NCBI GenBank assembly: GCA_963676615.1
Contig: OY781092.1
Location: forward strand, 512,001-576,000
Source of the DNA: Candidatus Cloacimonadota bacterium
GTDB taxonomy: Bacteria; Cloacimonadota; Cloacimonadia; G963667145
Direction of reading: 5' to 3'
DNA length: 64,000 bases
Shown here piece by piece: positions 21,001 through 30,422 of the stretch. How positions within the stretch are numbered: position 1 is the first letter of the stretch; each line of letters opens with the position of its first letter. Both the position numbers and the translations under genes were made by a program. A model generated the notes under the pieces. The model worked only from the letters and a program-made list of their open reading frames with translations. It made no database searches and was not told where the DNA came from.

Positions 21001-22850
21001 AGCAAATTCATATTGTGGGCGAATATGCAAAAAAAATGCTTAGAAATTATAAGGAAGCTCTGCAGTTCGTCGAAGATTATTTCAATCTGAATTATGGGGA
21101 GTTTTTAAACAAATATTTTAAGGGTGACAGGCTGAAAGAGATAACGCAAAACATTACACCAGCGCAATTTGAAAAATTATTTGGAAAGCTGTCGCCTGCT
21201 CAATTATCAGTAATTAAAGACAATGCCACTCCGTATATAGTAGTGGCCGCTGGACCTGGTAGTGGTAAAACGCGAGTTCTTGTTCACAAGCTTGCTTCTC
21301 TTGCAATGATCGAAGATGTAAAATATGAGCAATTGTTAATGCTTACTTTTTCCCGAGCGGCAGCAACTGAGTTTAAAAAGCGTTTGATAGAATTAGTTGG
21401 TAATTCTGCCAATTTTATCGAAATTAAAACCTTTCATTCCTATTGTTTTGATTTGTTGGGAAAAGTAGGTTCAATTGGCAAATCTGATAATGTTGTTGAA
21501 GAAGCGGTAAAGAAAATAGAAAATAAAAAGATCGAATTAAGCCGTATTACCAAAACTGTTTTGGTAATCGATGAGGCTCAAGATATGAATAAGCAAGAAT
21601 TCAGTTTAGTTGAAGCGTTAATGAGGCATAATCAGGAAATGCGCGTTATACTTGCAGGTGACGACGATCAAAATATTTACAAGTTTAGAGGATCAAATTC
21701 TAAAAATTTGTGGCAGTTTATAAAGGAGAAAAAAGCAAAAAAAATTGAATTGCTTGAAAATTATCGAAGTAAAGCCAATATTGTAGAGTTTGCGAATAAA
21801 TTTGCTACGAAAATCTCTAATAGGCTGAAAGAAAATCCTATTGTTTCGCACTCTGCTGAAAATGGATTGGTGAAAGTTATTAAATATGCTAGCTCTAAGA
21901 TTACAGAGCCAATTGTCGATTATGTCTCTAAATCTAGTTTAGACACCACTACTTGTATTTTGGTATATTCCAATTTTCAAGCAATACAAATTGCAGGACT
22001 ATTGTCTACAAAAAAAGTCCCTACAAAACTAATTCAAACAAATAATGAAATAAATTTATATAATCTTTTGGAAGTGCGTTATTTTGTGGACCTTTTGGGG
22101 GTAAGCAAAAACTCTTGTCTGATAACTGAAAAAGTTTGGGTGTCTGCAAAAAAAGATTTTATCGAAAAATATAAAGATAGTTCTAATTTTGATTTGTGCA
22201 TTAACCTTATAAATGAGTTCGAATTGGTGAATCCTAGGGTTAAATATCATTCAGATTTTGAAATTTTTATAAAAGAGTCTAAGTTTGAAGATTTTGTAAA
22301 TGTTAGCTGTAATATGGTGTATGTGTCCACGATTCATAAAGCCAAGGGTAAGGAGTTTGATAATGTGCATTTAGTTTTGGATAAATATGATTTTACAGAT
22401 GAAGAAAAGAAAAAAATAGCTTATGTTGGAATGACCAGAGCAAAAAACAATCTTGTCGTTCATTTAAATAATAGCTTTTTTGATGATTTTTTTTGCTCGA
22501 ATTTGATTAAGCAGTTTGATAATTTTTGGTATAAAGAGCCTGAGTTTTTGATAATTCATCTTACATATAGGGATGTTTGGCTGGATTTTTTTCGCTCTCA
22601 ACAAAAGAATTTTGGGAATCTTAGAAGTGGAGATAACTTGAAAGTTTTTTCGGATGGGTGTGTTAATTTTGACAACAAATATGTTTTAAGATTTTCGAAA
22701 AGTTTTATAAAAAAAATAGCTGATTATGAGAATAAAGGTTATAAACTGATAAAATCTAAAGTGAATCAAATTGTCTATTGGATAAAAAAAGAGGATGAAA
22801 AAGAAGTGAAAATAATTTTGCCAGAACTTAAATTTATTAAAAAGGTCTAA
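18051..22850 (+). CDS. RecQ-family helicase fused to an N-terminal DEDD-like exonuclease domain and a C-terminal UvrD/Rep (SF1) helicase
   Basis: IDSE...GHNIMRHD...NNPLSD; PTGGGKS, DEAH, TATA, QEAGRAGRD; AGPGSGKT, DEAQD, GDDDQNIY, ENYRS, TIHKAKGKEFD, YVGMTRAK; markedly AT-rich. Confidence 0.9.
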   Translation: MKKIVFIDSEVDFEQKELLDFGGITAKNSILHSNSKEKIIAFISAAKYLCGHNIMRHDLPFLEKKLCLKFANFRIIDTLFLSPLLFPKKPYHSLVKDDKLQTDDLNNPLSDAIKSRDLFFAEKSTFQRLDENLKKIYYSLLVAEQEFVSFFHYIDFSCCIDDVFNLIKESFVGKICHNVDLRFLIKNMPVELAYCLALIDTNSRYSITPPWVFKNYPGVERVLHLLRSNPCLTGCSFCDKLLKSENALKKYFGFNSFRTFGGKPLQKKAVDAAINSKSILVVFPTGGGKSLTFQIPALMSGENVKGLTVVISPLQSLMKDQVDNLEKLNITEAVTINGLLDPIERAKSFERVESGEASILYISPESLRSKSIERLLLGRNVVRFVIDEAHCFSAWGQDFRVDYLYIGDFIKSLQETKNLQINIPVSCFTATAKQNVIKDIIDYFQSKLGLQLEVFNSNISRTNLNYKVLLKTTEEEKYNTLRNLLDAKHCPAIVYVSRTKQAYDIAKRLSSDGYLAKPYHGKMEKQEKTKNQDAFIKGDVDIMVATSAFGMGVDKKDVGLVIHYDLSDSLENYMQEAGRAGRDENLTADCYVLFNEADLNKHFILLKQTKLNIKEIQQIWRAIKKITYYRQKVSNSALEIARKAGWDDNVVDIETRVTTAISALEEAGYLKRSQNMPRIYATSILSKNAQDAVEKINLSKRFNDVQKKYAVRIIKKLFSSKSKKQATEESAESRIDYISDQLGILKEEVINVVNLLKEEKILADTKDLTAFIKRGDNKNKSLDILNSASSIENFLLSEVEEEEKVFNLKNLNEQAEVFGCLSSSVNEIKTIINFWAIKNLIVRQYNFSKDYLTICIKGQKEKFRQKLRKRHELAHIIIDYLYLKSKQTCARLDENEAQDLVEFSICDLKEEYENKNTLFKSDVTLADIEDALFYLSRIEAIKIEGGFLVIYNKLTIERIELDNKKQYKLEDYRKLNKFYENKVQQIHIVGEYAKKMLRNYKEALQFVEDYFNLNYGEFLNKYFKGDRLKEITQNITPAQFEKLFGKLSPAQLSVIKDNATPYIVVAAGPGSGKTRVLVHKLASLAMIEDVKYEQLLMLTFSRAAATEFKKRLIELVGNSANFIEIKTFHSYCFDLLGKVGSIGKSDNVVEEAVKKIENKKIELSRITKTVLVIDEAQDMNKQEFSLVEALMRHNQEMRVILAGDDDQNIYKFRGSNSKNLWQFIKEKKAKKIELLENYRSKANIVEFANKFATKISNRLKENPIVSHSAENGLVKVIKYASSKITEPIVDYVSKSSLDTTTCILVYSNFQAIQIAGLLSTKKVPTKLIQTNNEINLYNLLEVRYFVDLLGVSKNSCLITEKVWVSAKKDFIEKYKDSSNFDLCINLINEFELVNPRVKYHSDFEIFIKESKFEDFVNVSCNMVYVSTIHKAKGKEFDNVHLVLDKYDFTDEEKKKIAYVGMTRAKNNLVVHLNNSFFDDFFCSNLIKQFDNFWYKEPEFLIIHLTYRDVWLDFFRSQQKNFGNLRSGDNLKVFSDGCVNFDNKYVLRFSKSFIKKIADYENKGYKLIKSKVNQIVYWIKKEDEKEVKIILPELKFIKKV

Positions 22851-22853
22851 CAA

Positions 22854-22886
22854 AAAACGGCAACTTCTAAAAAAAGCTGCCGTTTT
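22854..22886. terminator. bidirectional intrinsic terminator
   Basis: AAAACGGCAACTT/AAGCTGCCGTTTT inverted repeat between convergent genes. Confidence 0.8.
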
Positions 22887-22907
22887 ATTTTTTTTGTCAA
22901 ATTTTGT

Positions 22908-23840
22908 TTAGTCGCGATTTTCTCTAAAGTAAGGAACGCCGATAGATTTTGGTGTTTGCGAGATTCTGCCGCGCAAGTTTACATAGAGCAGGAACGCGAT
23001 GGTTGCAAGATAGGGGATGGTGTTGAGCAGGAAGGTCGGCACCTGAAAGCCCATGGCTTGTAGTCTGGGTTGCATCGCTTCCAAAATTCCGAAGAGGAAC
23101 GCGCCGCCAAAGGCGTAGTATGGGTTCCAGTTGGCAAAAATTACCAAAGCGATGACGATCCAGCCTTTTCCTGAGGTCATTTTTTCGACCCAAAACGGTG
23201 TGTAGCAAAGCGAGAGGTAGGCTCCAGCCACGCCAGCCAAAAATCCGCCGAAGAGTGTGCAGAGATAGCGGGTTTTGATGACATGGATGCCCATAATTTC
23301 GCTGGCAAGAGGCTCTTCGCCTGTGGCTTTTACGGCAAGTCCGTATTTTGTTTTGTTCAAAAAAAGCCACGCCAAAACGACCAAAACATAGCTGATATAG
23401 ACCAAAATATTGTGATCGAAAAACACAGGCCCAATCAGCGGGATTTTTGATAGAAGCGGAATTGGCAGAGCTGGCAAGCTGTAGCTCAGAGATTTGCCGA
23501 TGAGGTTTTCGCCGAGCATTGCGCTGAGTCCTGTGCCAAAGATTGTTAGGGCGATTCCCGTTACATACTGGTTGGAGCGCAGGGTGATGGTGAGGAAGGC
23601 GAAGATTGCCGAAAGCAGCAGTCCAACGCAGCCAGCGACCAAAATTCCCAAAAAGATGCTGTCGTGATGCAGGGCGATGCCAAATCCAGTGCAGGCTCCC
23701 ATGAGCATCATTCCTTCGATTCCCAAATTGCAGATTCCCGATTTTTCGGTGATAATCTCGCCGATGGTGGCAAACAAAACGACCGTTCCGCTGGCGACAC
23801 CTGTAATCAAAATCGATTGTAAAACTGAATACCAACTCAT
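22908..23840 (-). CDS. nucleoside/purine ABC transporter permease (CUT2/BMP system)
   Basis: EKSGICNLGIEGMML, GKGWIVIALV and PYLATI motifs. Confidence 0.88.
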   Translation of the reverse strand: MSWYSVLQSILITGVASGTVVLFATIGEIITEKSGICNLGIEGMMLMGACTGFGIALHHDSIFLGILVAGCVGLLLSAIFAFLTITLRSNQYVTGIALTIFGTGLSAMLGENLIGKSLSYSLPALPIPLLSKIPLIGPVFFDHNILVYISYVLVVLAWLFLNKTKYGLAVKATGEEPLASEIMGIHVIKTRYLCTLFGGFLAGVAGAYLSLCYTPFWVEKMTSGKGWIVIALVIFANWNPYYAFGGAFLFGILEAMQPRLQAMGFQVPTFLLNTIPYLATIAFLLYVNLRGRISQTPKSIGVPYFRENRD

Positions 23841-24910
23841 TATTTTTTCTCCTTTATCACCATTTTGACATTGTAACTTTTGAACAGCTCACTGCCCAAA
23901 ATGGCGAACAAAATTATTCCCTGGGCGATTGTGCCCATCGACGCTGGCAGACCCATGAGCATCTCCAGCATTTCCGAGCCAGTAATCACAGCGCTCATAA
24001 AAAGCGAATAGACGACGATTCCGATTGGATTGGCTCTAGCCAGCCATGCCACGATTATTCCGGTAAATCCAAAGCCCATCGACAGTTGGTGCTGCAGTTT
24101 GTATTGGATGCCAGCCACTTCGCTCATTCCGGCGAGTCCAGCCAGCACGCCGCTGACCAAAAATACAGAAAACATAATTCTTTTGACATTGATGCCAGAG
24201 TAGGTCGCCGATTGGGTTGATGCGCCCGTCAGGCGGACTTTGTAGCCCCAGCTGGAGTATTTCATCAAAAGGTAGATGACGATTGTGGCAATCAGGGCAA
24301 GGATTAGTCCCATATGCACGCGCTCAAATCCCAAAAGTGGCAAACGCGCTGGCTCGGGAAATTCTGGCGTGAACGGATAGTTGTCTTCGTTTTTCCAGAT
24401 GCCAAAAATCAGGTGATCGACAAAGTAGATGGCGACATAGTTCAGAAGCAGTGTGGTGATGATTTCGTCAACTTTGAAGCGGATTTTTAGCACAGCGGGG
24501 ATAAACGCCCAAAACGCTCCGCCGATTCCGCCAGCGATAATCATCACAAGCAGTTGGATGAAAGTGGGCATTGTCGGCAGATGCATTACCACGGCGGTGG
24601 CAAACATCGCACCGATATACAGCTGTCCCTCAGCTCCGATGTTCCAAACTTTGCTGGTAAGGGCGATACCCACAGCCAATCCGCAAAAAAGCAGCGGCGT
24701 GGCTTTTACCAAAACTTCGCTTATTCCATATCCAGTAAAAAGAGTCGTGTCGATCGACACCCACAGCGCCTCTAGCGGATTAACGCCCTCCAGGGCAACG
24801 ATAATTCCACAAAAAATGAAAGCCACACAAATGGCGATAATCGAAATTCCGACATCCATTTTGGTGCTAACTCTCTCTTTTTGGACTAATTTTAGTTTAA
24901 TCATTAGCAA
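23840..24910 (-). CDS. nucleoside/purine ABC transporter permease
   Basis: WNIGAEGQL, DEIITTLLLNYV and GFTGIIVAWL motifs. Confidence 0.88.
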   Translation of the reverse strand: MLMIKLKLVQKERVSTKMDVGISIIAICVAFIFCGIIVALEGVNPLEALWVSIDTTLFTGYGISEVLVKATPLLFCGLAVGIALTSKVWNIGAEGQLYIGAMFATAVVMHLPTMPTFIQLLVMIIAGGIGGAFWAFIPAVLKIRFKVDEIITTLLLNYVAIYFVDHLIFGIWKNEDNYPFTPEFPEPARLPLLGFERVHMGLILALIATIVIYLLMKYSSWGYKVRLTGASTQSATYSGINVKRIMFSVFLVSGVLAGLAGMSEVAGIQYKLQHQLSMGFGFTGIIVAWLARANPIGIVVYSLFMSAVITGSEMLEMLMGLPASMGTIAQGIILFAILGSELFKSYNVKMVIKEKK

Positions 24911-26438
24911 GCTCCTTTTGTTTATCCAAATCTTCTTGATGCGTCCCGCTCATCATCAGCCCGATTTCGCTAATATCGTAGGCGCCGTTTTTGAACTGAC
25001 CCATAAATTTGCCTTCATACATCACCGCCAAATTGTCCGCCAGACCAAAAAGCTCGTCGAAATCGCTAGAGATAAGCAGAACCGATTTTCCCTGATTTCG
25101 CAAATCCAAAAGCGACTTCCGCACAAAATCTGTGGCTCCGACATCCAGACCCCTTGTCGGATATGAGCAGATGAACAAATCGCTACCAGCCTCGATTTCT
25201 CGACCGATAATGATTTTTTGCAGGTTTCCGCCCGAGAGCAAAATCGCAGGGAAGTTCATTCCTGGATGCAAAACATCGTATTTTTCCAAAATATTGACAT
25301 CGGTGTAGTTTTTCAACTTGCCGATTTTCAAAAATCTCCGCTTTTGATAGTCGTTTTTGCGATAAACTTTCGACACAGAATTTTCCCAAATAGGACGATT
25401 GCCCGCAACTCCGACATTCACACGGTCGCTGGGGATGTAGCTGATACCCGCATCGATCCGCTCTTTGACAGTGCAATCCGAGATGTTTTTATCGTTGAAA
25501 ACGATTTTGCCGCTTTTGCGAGGACAAATCCCCATAATCGACTCCATCAGCTCGTGCTGCCCGTTGCCAGTCACGCCAGCGATGCCCAAAATCTCGCCCT
25601 TTTTAATCCGAAAGCTCACATTATCCACCAGCGGCACATCCTGTCCGACAGTCAAATTTTCGACAACAATCGTGTCTTCGTCGGAATCGATCTGTTTGCG
25701 ATCAAAAATAATCGCCTCTTTCTCGCCAACCATCATCACCGAAAGTTCCTTCGCCTCGACTTCGCCCGTGGCAATCGTGCCGATTTTATCGCCTTTGCGC
25801 ATCACGGTAATCGTGTCTGCCACCTTAAAAACCTCGGGCATTTTGTGCGTGATAAAAATTACGCCTTTTCCCGTGGCAGCGATTTTTTTGAAGGTATCCA
25901 AAAGATTATCAGCTTCTTGTTTGGTCAACACCGTCGTCGGCTCGTCCACAATCAGCACCTCCACATCGCGCACCAGCATCTTTAAAATTTCCGCCTTTTG
26001 TCGAACGCCGATAGGCACCTGATCGCACCGCGCGTCCCAATCCAGCTTGAAATCGAACTTTTTGGCATACTGCATAATCAGCTCTTTGCGCTCTTTCATA
26101 TTCAGCCAAAATTTGTTGGAAGGCAACCCCAAAATGATATTTTCCAAAATCGTCAGACTCCCGACCAACGACAGCCGCTGGTGAACCATTCCGATTCCTT
26201 TTTGCAACGCTTGCCCAGGAAAATCGAGCTCCAAAGGTTTGCCGTCAAACTCGATGCTGCCAGAATCTTGCTGATAAACCCCAGTGAGAATATTCATCAA
26301 AGTCGTTTTGCCAGCGCCATTTTCTCCCAGCAAGGCGTGAATTTCACCCTTTTTGAGAACAAAATCGATGTTGTTATTCGCCTTAACGCCGAAAAAACTT
26401 TTGTTGATTTTGCTCATCTTTACTAGAATCTCGCTCAA
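24897..26438 (-). CDS. CUT2-type ABC transporter ATP-binding protein (two NBDs)
   Basis: LLGENGAGKTT, DEPT, GVTGNGQ, LSGGNLQK and PTRGLDVG motifs; AGGAGG RBS before TTG. Confidence 0.92.
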   Translation of the reverse strand: MSEILVKMSKINKSFFGVKANNNIDFVLKKGEIHALLGENGAGKTTLMNILTGVYQQDSGSIEFDGKPLELDFPGQALQKGIGMVHQRLSLVGSLTILENIILGLPSNKFWLNMKERKELIMQYAKKFDFKLDWDARCDQVPIGVRQKAEILKMLVRDVEVLIVDEPTTVLTKQEADNLLDTFKKIAATGKGVIFITHKMPEVFKVADTITVMRKGDKIGTIATGEVEAKELSVMMVGEKEAIIFDRKQIDSDEDTIVVENLTVGQDVPLVDNVSFRIKKGEILGIAGVTGNGQHELMESIMGICPRKSGKIVFNDKNISDCTVKERIDAGISYIPSDRVNVGVAGNRPIWENSVSKVYRKNDYQKRRFLKIGKLKNYTDVNILEKYDVLHPGMNFPAILLSGGNLQKIIIGREIEAGSDLFICSYPTRGLDVGATDFVRKSLLDLRNQGKSVLLISSDFDELFGLADNLAVMYEGKFMGQFKNGAYDISEIGLMMSGTHQEDLDKQKELAND

Positions 26439-26662
26439 ATTGCCTCCTTTTTAACCACTAAAAAATATTTTCGCCATAGAAACTTGTGGTAATATTAGTG
26501 GCAAGAAAATTTTTTATTTTTGTGTAATTTACTTAATTTGGGCAAATTGCTTGCTACCTTATATTTAAAATTTCAAAAAAAAAATAGCGAGCCAAACCTT
26601 TTGCAAATAAAGGAAAATTTCAAAAGTTTAGGCGCTAAATTTTGCTCCAGAAAAAAAAAGAA

Positions 26663-26690
26663 TTGACATCAAAAAAGATTGATTTACTAT
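26663..26690 (+). promoter_or_regulatory. sigma70-type promoter for the BMP gene
   Basis: TTGACA-16 bp-TACTAT about 40 bp upstream of the start codon. Confidence 0.6.
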
Positions 26691-26732
26691 TTGGCAATCA
26701 TAAAAATCACGAAAAAAATAAAGGAGTGAAAG

Positions 26733-27806
26733 ATGAGAAAAACAAAGTTATTCTTTGCAATTGCAACGATGATGTGCCTGGGAGCAAGCCTTTTGGCAAA
26801 GGACTTGCGAGTTGGAGCGGTCTATATCGGACCTGCCCGAGACGGAGGCTGGACTCAAGCCCACGATGATGGAATTGAGTCGCTCCGCAAGCTTCCTTAT
26901 GTCAAAAAAATTATGAAAAAAGAGGAAGTCCCAGAGAGTTCTGAGGCTGAGAAAGTGTTGAACCAAATGGTGAAATTGGGTAAATGTAACTTGATTTTCA
27001 CCAACTCGTTTGGCTATATGGACCAAACTCTTAAAGTGGCAAAAGAGAATCCAGATGTTGTGTTTATGCATTGTTCTGGCTACAAAACCGCCAAAAATAT
27101 GGGAACATATTATGGCAAAATCTACCAAGCTAAATTTTTGGGCGGAATGGTCGCTGGCTTGATGACCAAAAGCAACAAAATCGGCTATGTAGCGCCAATT
27201 GCTATCCCAGAGATTTACCGTCTTGTGGACGCTTTTGCTCTTGGAGTGAAATATGTGAACAAAAAAGCTAAGGTGCAAGTTGTTTGGGTCGGCTCTTGGT
27301 TCGATCCTGCCAAAGAGATGGACGCCGCAAAATCTATGATTGAGCAAGGTTGCGATGTCATCACACAAGGTGGCGACTCTCCAGCTCCACAACAAGCAGC
27401 CGAAAAAGCTGGAGTTTGGGCTATCGGTCACGACAACGATATGAGCGCTTACGCACCTAGCAAGAGCCTTACTTCTGTCGTTTGGCACTGGGGCGTTATC
27501 TATAATATCGTCGCAAAATCTGTTCACGACGGCACCTGGAAAGCAGAAGGTCCTGCAGATTTTTGGCCTGGAATCGAGACTGGCGTAGCTGGTTTGACTC
27601 CTTTCACCGAAAATGTTCCAAAAAGCGTGCAAAAGAAAGTGCTAGCAATGGAAAAGAAAATCGCTGGTGGAAAATACAAGATTTTCAAAGGTCCAATCTA
27701 CGACAAGGACGGCAAACTCAGAGTTAAAAAGGGTCAAGTTATGACACCAAAACAGCTTTTGAGTATGAACTGGCTTGTTGACAATGTCGTTGGAAATAAC
27801 AAGTAG
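26733..27806 (+). CDS. BMP-family (nucleoside/purine) ABC substrate-binding protein
   Basis: signal peptide; YIGPARDGGWTQAH, FTNSFGYMD and WVGSWFDPAKE motifs; divergent from its ATPase and permeases. Confidence 0.9.
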   Translation: MRKTKLFFAIATMMCLGASLLAKDLRVGAVYIGPARDGGWTQAHDDGIESLRKLPYVKKIMKKEEVPESSEAEKVLNQMVKLGKCNLIFTNSFGYMDQTLKVAKENPDVVFMHCSGYKTAKNMGTYYGKIYQAKFLGGMVAGLMTKSNKIGYVAPIAIPEIYRLVDAFALGVKYVNKKAKVQVVWVGSWFDPAKEMDAAKSMIEQGCDVITQGGDSPAPQQAAEKAGVWAIGHDNDMSAYAPSKSLTSVVWHWGVIYNIVAKSVHDGTWKAEGPADFWPGIETGVAGLTPFTENVPKSVQKKVLAMEKKIAGGKYKIFKGPIYDKDGKLRVKKGQVMTPKQLLSMNWLVDNVVGNNK

Positions 27807-27825
27807 AAGCTGAATTTATTTAAGG

Positions 27826-27857
27826 AACGGAGGCTTTTTTTAGTCTCCGTTTTTTTT
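27826..27857 (+). terminator. intrinsic terminator
   Basis: AACGGAGGCT/AGTCTCCGTT hairpin with a T run. Confidence 0.8.
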
Positions 27858-27876
27858 GACTTGGGACTTATAAAAT

Positions 27877-30138
27877 ATGTTTAAATTTGAAATTTCGCCG
27901 CTAACTCTTTGTGAAGACAAAGTTTATGTGTTTAATGATGAGGCGAGCCTAAAAAGAAATTTGCAGCTTTTGCAAAAATCAAAGACGCTTCCAGCAGGAA
28001 TTTTCCTTTCGCAAGAGCAGTTTTTTGATAGCCAAAAAATGTTTTCTGGCAGCGAGATAATTTCTGAAAATTTCCGCTATCTTGCTTATTGGCAATCGGT
28101 TATGCCAGAACAGGAGTTCGATTTGGCTAAAGGCAAAGCCAAAAGATTTTTTGCTTTTTGGCAGGAGATGAACAGCCTTGAGATTGAGGGAGATTTGGCA
28201 AAAATTTTGGTCGCTAGTCAAAAAGATTTTTGGCAGAAGATGGAAGTTGAGCGGGAAAAATATTTGGCAAAGTTAGAAAACATTGGTGTTTCAGACCCAG
28301 AAGTAGCGGGCTTTTGCTACAACCAAAAGTGCGATTATCGGCAGCCGATAGTTTTTTTTGATTGTTATTATTTTTCGCCGAAGCAAAAAAAATGGCTAAA
28401 AAATAACGCCGAGCAGGTTGAGTTGCAGTTTTCTTTTTCGCAAAATCTTTACGACTGTCAAAATTTTTCGTTTTTAGAGTTTCAGATTTCAGATTTACAT
28501 TTTTCGAAGTTTCCCGAAGTTGAGATTAAGCAGTTTGAGCAAAAAATTTTTATGGACGCAGCGCTGGTAAACGATGAGATTTTTGTGGCTTATGGCAAAA
28601 GATCGCCAGCTGTTTTTGATCTTTTTGGCTCGGATGTAGTTTTGCAAGACGGCAAAACTTTCAAGCTGCTTTTGGCGTTGAAAGAGCTTTTGAGTTTTAG
28701 GAAAAATAGCCAAAAAATTCCGCTGGACAAACTTTTGCAGTTTGTGCGACAAAAAATTTGGCAAAGCAAGGAGAACGCAGAGCAGACAATCGACAAGGGG
28801 CTGGTTTTGTCGCTGATTGACAAGCGGTATAAGTTTTTTCCTGCAAACTTCGATTACGCTGTTTTGCACAAACTTTTTGGGCAGTTTTTGGATGCGCTCA
28901 GTGGCGATTTCGACTATTTTTTTGATTATTTGCAAACGCTGGACGATAGTGGCGTCTATCGGGAGAAAGTGCAGGAACTGCAGGAGTTAGCGGGTGTTTT
29001 TGCGTGGGAAAATTTTCACAGTTTAGACTATTTTTTGGCAAATTTTGGCAAAACGGTTGTGGCGAGCGTCTCGGAGAAGCTGCAGATAAAGCCGCTGGCG
29101 AGTTTGACGCAAACAGAGAATTTGGCGATTTATAACGCAACCGAGCCGTTTTGGGGGTTTGCCGAGAGTCAGAACGATTTTTTTAGCCAAAAGCAACGGG
29201 AGCAGTTGTCGCTTTCCACGCAAAATCAGCAGACAAACGCCGCAAAGTTCTCGTTTTTTTCTTCGGTTGCGCATTGCGAAAAAGTGGTCATCTACACCTA
29301 CGAAAATCCTGAGGAAAATGTGCAGCGGGCGTCTTTTGTGGACGAGATTTTGGATTCTGCTTTGCCGACGAAGTTGCAAAAATTTTCTGATTTGGATTTG
29401 CATAAGTTGTTTTCGCTTTTTTTGACTGGCGATAAAGTTTGGTCTGCTGGCGAAGAAAATGAGCTTAGATTTGCTTATAACGGCGAGGCTTTGGACGATT
29501 TTTCGTATAGTCAGGCGATTTGCTTTTTGGAAGATCCGCAAAAATATTTTTTGAATTACATTTTGAAGGTGAGGGAGTTTTTGCCGCCTGCGCGGGAGAT
29601 TGAGGCGAATTTGGCAGGCGAGATTGCGCACAAAATTTTTCAGGATTGGCTTCAGGCGCATAAGGATTGCGATTTGGATGCGATTGTCGAAAAAGTTTTG
29701 CAAGATTATCAGGATAAATTGCCCGCCAATTTTCATCAGGTTTATTTTGAGAAGTATGTCGTGCGGCGGATTATGGAGAGTGCGAAAAATTTTCGGCAGA
29801 AATATGGGCAGCAGCAGGGTGTTTGCGAAAAGGAGTTGGCTAAAAATTTTGCGGAGTTTGGCTTTAGGCTTCGGGGGCGCGCGGACTATTTGACGCAAGA
29901 AGCGTTGTTCGATTTTAAAAGCGGGAGTCAGCAGTCTGCCAAAATGTCGCAGTTGGAGTTTTACGGTTTGCTGGCAGAAGGGGTGTCGGCGTTTTTTTAC
30001 TTTATTTACAAGTGGCAGCTGGTTGCCTACACTCCGCCGAAAAACCAGGAGTCGATTTTGCGTCGGCTGAAGGCGAAGATTGCGGAGGTGAAAAAACAGG
30101 GGTTTGGTTCTGACTCAGATGAGCCAGAACAGTTGTAA
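27877..30138 (+). CDS. PD-(D/E)XK nuclease family protein, AddB/RexB-like
   Basis: C-terminal FSYSQ...PQKYFLNYIL, GEIAH, LRGRADY, LFDFKSG and QLEFY motifs; N-terminus has no recognisable Walker A. Confidence 0.75.
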   Translation: MFKFEISPLTLCEDKVYVFNDEASLKRNLQLLQKSKTLPAGIFLSQEQFFDSQKMFSGSEIISENFRYLAYWQSVMPEQEFDLAKGKAKRFFAFWQEMNSLEIEGDLAKILVASQKDFWQKMEVEREKYLAKLENIGVSDPEVAGFCYNQKCDYRQPIVFFDCYYFSPKQKKWLKNNAEQVELQFSFSQNLYDCQNFSFLEFQISDLHFSKFPEVEIKQFEQKIFMDAALVNDEIFVAYGKRSPAVFDLFGSDVVLQDGKTFKLLLALKELLSFRKNSQKIPLDKLLQFVRQKIWQSKENAEQTIDKGLVLSLIDKRYKFFPANFDYAVLHKLFGQFLDALSGDFDYFFDYLQTLDDSGVYREKVQELQELAGVFAWENFHSLDYFLANFGKTVVASVSEKLQIKPLASLTQTENLAIYNATEPFWGFAESQNDFFSQKQREQLSLSTQNQQTNAAKFSFFSSVAHCEKVVIYTYENPEENVQRASFVDEILDSALPTKLQKFSDLDLHKLFSLFLTGDKVWSAGEENELRFAYNGEALDDFSYSQAICFLEDPQKYFLNYILKVREFLPPAREIEANLAGEIAHKIFQDWLQAHKDCDLDAIVEKVLQDYQDKLPANFHQVYFEKYVVRRIMESAKNFRQKYGQQQGVCEKELAKNFAEFGFRLRGRADYLTQEALFDFKSGSQQSAKMSQLEFYGLLAEGVSAFFYFIYKWQLVAYTPPKNQESILRRLKAKIAEVKKQGFGSDSDEPEQL

Positions 30139-30422
30139 GGTAATAGTTAAAACCGTCGCCGCCCCCATTTTTCAGAATGATGTTAGAGATGATGTCTTAC
30201 CAGACGGGTCTTCATCTTTTCGGGCGTCCGAAAAGAGAAGCAGAAAAGGACGCTTGCTTCGAAAAACAGAGAAGTTTCGAGAGGTGTTTGGAGATTTCCG
30301 TGGTGGAGAGCACCTCCGTAATTGTTTGTAAGTCTGTGATTTATCGCAACTTTTTTGGTTTTTTGTAGTTGGTTTTGGCGTGTCTCTGTTTTAGATGAAG
30401 CAAGATAGCCAACGCCACCTAT

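Noticed and set aside
26455..26501. purine riboswitch upstream of the nucleoside ABC ATPase
   Set aside because: There is a CCACTAA/TTAGTGG inverted repeat and an AGTTTCTA word on the minus strand, but the three-way junction and loop consensus are not met, and the inner stem pairs better on the non-transcribed strand.
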